Source: Flavobacteriaceae bacterium (GTDB lineage: Bacteria; Bacteroidota; Bacteroidia; Flavobacteriales; Flavobacteriaceae). Taken from it: DNA of 32,000 nucleotides. The first letter of the stretch is position 1. Every line of letters starts with the position of its first letter. The notes under the pieces were generated by a model that made no database searches, was not told the origin of the DNA, and saw only the letters and a list, made by a program, of their open reading frames with translations. The DNA lies in assembly GCA_965224465.1 (NCBI GenBank), contig OZ245049.1, forward strand, positions 1,770,001 to 1,802,000, given 5' to 3'. Shown here in pieces: positions 27,322-32,000 of this stretch. The position numbers were made by a program, and so were the translations under genes.

Positions 27322-28923
27322 TTACGCCTTCTGCCCCAACGAATCCATCAAAGCACTAATACGTTCTTTATCTATATTGTATTTCAAGTCAAAAGAAGAT
27401 TTATCTGGAAACTGTTCAATCATAATAGTAGAAGAAGGAAAAGCAAAATCTACACCCAATTGTTTTGCGAATTTCAATATTTCTAGATGAAAATCGTGTT
27501 TAGAAGCTTGTTCTATCCCCCATTCCAATTGAACAAAATATAGATTAACCAAAATAATTAAAGCAAAATCTCCAAAGCCTGTAAAGGCAACATTGTATGC
27601 GTCTTTTCTAGTTGAAGGATGGTTTTTTATAATAAGTTCTACCCCTTTTACAAAAGCATCTACCAATTCTGGTGGCGTATCATAACGCAATCCTAACTCT
27701 GTTTTATAGCGTCTAAAAGCTCTCAAGCCTTTATTATTCACCACTATTTCAGACAATGTACTGTTTGGAATCTGATACACGGAGGTGTCAGCTGCTCTCA
27801 CAGTAGTAGATCTAAATCCAACAGTTTCGACGGTCCCTACAACTTCCCCTGCTTCTATCCAATCTCCAATATGAAATGGTTTATCCAAGAAAATCATAAA
27901 CGTACCAATCAAGTTTTTAACCGTGTCTTGCGATGCCAAGGCAAAGGCTAAACCCCCAATAGACGCCCCTGCAACAACTGTTCTTGGATCCAACCCTAAA
28001 ATGGTTAAAAATCGTAAGAAACCAAAAAACAAGACCAATCCTAATAAGAACTTATGTAAAATAGGCACCAATTGATCATCTAGTTTCCCATGAGTTTTTG
28101 CAGCATAAGTTCGATAGATACTCATCACAACTTTTACCAAATTCAAGAATACATAAATCCAAAACACGGTAATAACGATATTGAGACCTATGAACAAGAA
28201 ATGATTGACATCTAGGCTAAATTGAATCGAAGGCAATATCATTTTTATAAAAGCCATCAATAAAAGCAAGGCTATAGGTCTTGCTAATTTCCGAAGGGAG
28301 TCTGTGATGTCTTTATTAGTACTATGACTAATAACAAGATGAATCCGTTTTAAGAAGAAAAACAAAATCCTGTGCAGCAGGTAAAACAATCCCCAACAAA
28401 TCAACAGTAATAATCCCAAAGCGATATATTGCCATATTTTTATACCAAATAAAGAGTGATATCCCGCATTTGGTATAAACTTCTTTACATAAGTAGCATA
28501 CCATGGAAAAGTAGCATCATACAAGGACTCTGTATCCCGAATGGTTTCTTTCGAGTACAGCCAAATACTCCCAACTTTCTCCAAATATATTTCAGGAATA
28601 TCCTCTGGAAACAATACATAACGCTTTCCTCCACCAAACATTAAAGAATCTTTATACATAGAATTGTGTGGTACTCTAGAAAAGTCAACCATCAATCCTT
28701 TTCCATCCATAATGGCTTTTATCTTCTTAACCACCTCTATAGCATCTTCTTTATCAAGACCTTGCACCGTTTTTGCTGCTTTTTCTGGCTGATACGAATC
28801 TGGTTGTAAAAAATATAAATGTGTATTTATTGTACTATAAGGGCTTGTCAAATCGACTTTTACAGGTTCTTGAGCAAACAAAAAACTTGTCGCTAATACT
28901 ATGAGGTAAAGAAATTTATTCAT
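27322..28923 (-). CDS. Mechanosensitive ion channel (MscS family) with N-terminal periplasmic domain
   Basis: 533 aa with a signal peptide and multiple TM helices. The conserved MscS beta-domain is GDWIEAGEVVGTVETVGFRSTTVRAADTSVYQIPNS. Confidence 0.85.
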   Translation of the reverse strand: MNKFLYLIVLATSFLFAQEPVKVDLTSPYSTINTHLYFLQPDSYQPEKAAKTVQGLDKEDAIEVVKKIKAIMDGKGLMVDFSRVPHNSMYKDSLMFGGGKRYVLFPEDIPEIYLEKVGSIWLYSKETIRDTESLYDATFPWYATYVKKFIPNAGYHSLFGIKIWQYIALGLLLLICWGLFYLLHRILFFFLKRIHLVISHSTNKDITDSLRKLARPIALLLLMAFIKMILPSIQFSLDVNHFLFIGLNIVITVFWIYVFLNLVKVVMSIYRTYAAKTHGKLDDQLVPILHKFLLGLVLFFGFLRFLTILGLDPRTVVAGASIGGLAFALASQDTVKNLIGTFMIFLDKPFHIGDWIEAGEVVGTVETVGFRSTTVRAADTSVYQIPNSTLSEIVVNNKGLRAFRRYKTELGLRYDTPPELVDAFVKGVELIIKNHPSTRKDAYNVAFTGFGDFALIILVNLYFVQLEWGIEQASKHDFHLEILKFAKQLGVDFAFPSSTIMIEQFPDKSSFDLKYNIDKERISALMDSLGQKA

Positions 28924-28959
28924 GTGATATATTATGGTTTCAACTACTATTTAGGGAAT

Positions 28960-31113
28960 TTATCTTCTGTTTTTACTATAGGTATTTCTCGATTTTTTTC
29001 GGTTTTTATTTCTAGGCACTTTTCCCTCTTCATCGTGTTGGTTTTTAGCCTTTTTCAGATCTACTCGTTCAAACGAATTACTTTTTACTTTAACACGTTT
29101 CCCTCTAGAGCTTCTCACTTCTTCTTGTTGAGGACGAGCATTTCTAATTTGTACACGTTCAAATTTCTTAACCGACTTCTGTTTCTTGCCTCTTTTGCCT
29201 CTTATTTCTTGAATTTCGTCAATCGTATCGTCAAACGTATTTTTAACTTTCGGATGGTTTCCTTTTTTGGAATACCCACTTTCTGGAAGCAATCGCTTTA
29301 ACAAATCTGATCGCCCTACTTTTCGCAAGGTATTACGAATCCAATCTGCATTTTCTTTTTTGTACCAAAAGAAAAATCTATGCTGTTCATCTTTTTCTTT
29401 TTTAGACCTCGGAGTATAGGTCTTTTTTAAGGTATACGGATGGTATCCGCTGTAATAAATAACCGTTGCTACAGTCATTGGCGTTGGTGTAAAACCTTGC
29501 ACCTGCTCTAATTTAAAGCCCATATCTTTGGTTTCAGCAGCCAAATTTGCCATGTCTTCCAATTCACTTGCTGGGTGACTGGATATAAAATACGGAATCA
29601 ATTGTAAGTTTAATTTCTTACGAATATTAATCTTATCAAAAATAGCTTTAAACTGATGAAAATTGGAAAATGATGGTTTACGCATCAATTTCAATACCGG
29701 ATCTGAAGTGTGTTCAGGAGCTACTTTTAAACGCCCTGAAACGTGCTTTGTTAAGACTTCTTCTGTATACTGAAGCAATTCTTTTTCATCTGCATTTTTA
29801 TTGAATTCAGGCACCAACATATCATACCTAATTCCACTTCCAATAAATGATTTTTTAATCTTAGGGTGCTTGTCTACCGCCTTATAAATCTCCGTTAAAG
29901 GCGCATGAGAAGTATCCAAGTTACTACATATAACAGGGTTGATACAAGAAGGGGCTACACATTTATCACATATAGACTGTATCTTTCCTTTCATTTGATA
30001 CATATTCGCAGAAGGACCTCCAATATCTGACAAATAGCCTTTAAAATCAGGCATATTTGCTACTTTATCTACTTCTTTTAAAATAGACTCTTTACTCCTA
30101 CTGGCTATAAATTTTCCTTGATGTGCAGAAATAGTACAAAAACTACAACCTCCAAAACATCCTCTGTGTATATTGATTGAAAATTTAATCATCTCATAAG
30201 CAGGAATAGGCCCTCTTTTATTGTATTTTGGATGTGGTAATCTCGTATATGGCAAATCAAAAGATCCGTCTATCTCCTTCTCCGTCATTGTAGGGTATGG
30301 AGGATTAATTACCAGGGTTTTATCTCCTATGTTTTGCAGCAATCTATTTCCGAAAATCTTATTAGATTCTTGTTCTATTGTTTTAAAATTCCCTGCAAAA
30401 ACCTTTTTACTTTTTAAACAGGCTTCATGGGACGCTATCCATTTTTCTTCCCATTTATCACGAACAGGAATCTCCATCCCTTTATCTTGTAAATAGGCTG
30501 TTTGGGCAATTGTTTTTAGACTAGAAAAAGAAGCCCCGTTTTGTAATTGCTTTACAATTTCACGCAAGGGTTGTTCTCCCATTCCATAAACCAACATATC
30601 TGCTTTGGACTCTGAAAGGATATTTGCTTTTAATTGATCACTCCAATAATCATAGTGTGTAACACGTCTTAAAGAAGCTTCTATCCCTCCAATTAGCACA
30701 GGAACATCTGGGAATTTTTCTTTTAATATTCTACTATAGACTTCTGTGGCATAATCAGGTCTAAACCCTTTATCTCCATTAGGCGTATAAGCATCTTTAT
30801 CTCGTTGTCGTTTACTTGCAGTATAATTACTCACCATGGAATCCATTTCTCCAGCGGTAACCGCAAAAAACAAACGAGGAGTCCCCATTTTTGTAAAATC
30901 CTGTAAATTATCATGTACACTTGGCTGAGCTACAATTGCAACTCTAAGTCCGTAGCTCTCCAATATTCGGCCAATAACTGCGGGTCCGAATGAAGGATGA
31001 TCTACGTATGCATCTCCACTGAACAAGATCACATCTAGTGCGTCCCATCCTCGTAATTTGACCTCTTTATTTGTGGTTGGTAACCAATCTGAAAGTCTAA
31101 GTTGTTTCTCCAT
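28960..31113 (-). CDS. ygiQ: YgiQ family radical SAM protein
   Basis: 717 aa. Radical-SAM cluster motif CFGGCSFC. The UPF0313-type N-terminus is LPTTNKEVKLRGWDALDVILFSGDAYVDHPSFG. It has a basic K/R-rich C-terminal tail. Confidence 0.85.
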   Translation of the reverse strand: MEKQLRLSDWLPTTNKEVKLRGWDALDVILFSGDAYVDHPSFGPAVIGRILESYGLRVAIVAQPSVHDNLQDFTKMGTPRLFFAVTAGEMDSMVSNYTASKRQRDKDAYTPNGDKGFRPDYATEVYSRILKEKFPDVPVLIGGIEASLRRVTHYDYWSDQLKANILSESKADMLVYGMGEQPLREIVKQLQNGASFSSLKTIAQTAYLQDKGMEIPVRDKWEEKWIASHEACLKSKKVFAGNFKTIEQESNKIFGNRLLQNIGDKTLVINPPYPTMTEKEIDGSFDLPYTRLPHPKYNKRGPIPAYEMIKFSINIHRGCFGGCSFCTISAHQGKFIASRSKESILKEVDKVANMPDFKGYLSDIGGPSANMYQMKGKIQSICDKCVAPSCINPVICSNLDTSHAPLTEIYKAVDKHPKIKKSFIGSGIRYDMLVPEFNKNADEKELLQYTEEVLTKHVSGRLKVAPEHTSDPVLKLMRKPSFSNFHQFKAIFDKINIRKKLNLQLIPYFISSHPASELEDMANLAAETKDMGFKLEQVQGFTPTPMTVATVIYYSGYHPYTLKKTYTPRSKKEKDEQHRFFFWYKKENADWIRNTLRKVGRSDLLKRLLPESGYSKKGNHPKVKNTFDDTIDEIQEIRGKRGKKQKSVKKFERVQIRNARPQQEEVRSSRGKRVKVKSNSFERVDLKKAKNQHDEEGKVPRNKNRKKSRNTYSKNRR

Positions 31114-31490
31114 CGCTGCAAAAATACGTTAAAAACCTTTATAACTGCTCTTTAGGTGAACTTTTTGATTGTATTTTGTTAATCTACTGGGCGTCAAACT
31201 GATTCTGAGCCCTTGACAAAATTTGAACACTCAAAGTTTAGTATTCAAAACGCATCTATAGCAAAGAGCTATATATAAACAAGCCGACACAAATCACACT
31301 TGCAACATTTTACAGTACTTCTTTTTAGTTTATATCATCCCTAAAAGATAAAACAAAATATCCTATCCGCTGCTTTTAGCGCATATCCCAAAACCATGTT
31401 AAAATCAATTAATTACAAACAACCAATTAAACCTTTTGGGTATTTATAGGTCAAAGAAGCAAAACCAATATAAATTTAAAACATAAAAAA

Positions 31491-31958
31491 ATGAAAAAAT
31501 TAATCGGAACCATCGTACTTGTATTTGCTATCACTGTTCATGTAAATGCACAAGAAGGAATGATGAGAAAAAAAATGAACCATCCTAATTTTACGCCAGA
31601 ACAACAAGCGACACTACATACTAAAAGAATGACATTGGCTTTGGATTTAACAACCAGTCAACAGCGTGAAATACAAAAAATTAATTTAAAAACAGCTGCA
31701 GACAGAAAAGTAATGAGCGCTAATTCTAAAAGTACCAGAGGGAGTCAAGCTCAACTTACTGATACTCAAAAATACGAGAAAGCCATCGCGAGATTAGATA
31801 AAAGAATTGCTCATAAAGCACAATTAAAAACAATTTTGAGTAAAGATCAATACGAAAAATGGTCAACATTCCAAGGTCAAAAAATGAGAAAACACGGAAA
31901 AAAACATGGAAGAAAAGGATCAAATCGCATGAAGGGTATGCACAAAATGAATCGCTAA
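31491..31958 (+). CDS. Periplasmic Spy/CpxP-like (LTxxQ motif) small basic protein
   Basis: Signal peptide ending VNAQ. It has LTTSQQ and LSKDQ helix motifs and a K/R/H-rich tail. Confidence 0.55.
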   Translation: MKKLIGTIVLVFAITVHVNAQEGMMRKKMNHPNFTPEQQATLHTKRMTLALDLTTSQQREIQKINLKTAADRKVMSANSKSTRGSQAQLTDTQKYEKAIARLDKRIAHKAQLKTILSKDQYEKWSTFQGQKMRKHGKKHGRKGSNRMKGMHKMNR

Positions 31959-31965
31959 CAATGAA

Positions 31966-32000
31966 CACCAATTACAATCCAAAATGACTGATTTAATAGT
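31966..32000 (-). mobile_element. MITE copy I (right end only, cut by window edge, inverted orientation)
   Basis: CACCAATTACAATCCAAAATGAC is the reverse complement of the canonical right end ...CATTTTGGATTGTAATTGGTG. Confidence 0.65.

Noticed and set aside
28924-29301. 125-aa plus-strand ORF
   Set aside because: It is antisense to the basic C-terminal tail of ygiQ, and its F/S/L-rich composition mirrors K/R/E codons on the other strand.
6681-32000. Possibility that the dispersed ~155-bp repeats are a CRISPR array or CRISPR remnants
   Set aside because: The repeats are about 100-157 bp rather than 24-48 bp. They are kilobases apart with genes between them, occur in both orientations and have terminal inverted repeats. 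No cas genes are present.
1-32000. tRNA, rRNA, tmRNA, RNase P or SRP RNA genes
   Set aside because: I scanned intergenic regions by eye for T-loop (GTTCGAATC-like) and other hallmark motifs. The only TTCGAAT strings (19168-19200, 22330-22352) lie in the AT-rich module and do not fold as a cloverleaf. A covariance-model scan would be needed to be certain.

Overview
AT-rich window that looks like a Flavobacteriia (Bacteroidota) chromosome: fused secDF, TAnnTTTG-type -7 promoter boxes, and M56/BlaR1-like proteins ending in TonB_C domains. The flanks carry housekeeping genes: fhs (partial), secDF, an in-frame hpt-adk fusion, obg, lysS, a zinc metalloprotease, an MscS channel and ygiQ. About 13.55-24.2 kb is an accessory island. 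It holds a decayed IS1595-like element and a wrecked type I R-M locus (hsdS and hsdR fragments) that still encloses an intact Fic gene. It also holds a tandem array of very AT-rich gene cassettes. Each cassette is bracketed by the same roughly 0.65 kb non-coding module: a conserved 3' segment, a MITE, a tyrosine-recombinase C-terminal remnant and a leader whose homology ends exactly at the cassette ATG. Cassette 1 encodes a Cys/His papain-fold (C39-like) protein with an overlapping small lipoprotein, a candidate effector/immunity pair. Cassette 2 encodes a multi-TM plus TPR-like protein. The most pervasive signal is a roughly 155 bp inverted-repeat element present in 9 copies in 32 kb, including a 103 bp internally deleted form (Correia-like architecture). 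It sits in almost every intergenic region of the right half, between blaI and its sensor gene, and at the hsdR truncation point. No rRNA, tRNA or CRISPR array was seen. All functional calls come from motifs read in the translations; no database search was run.
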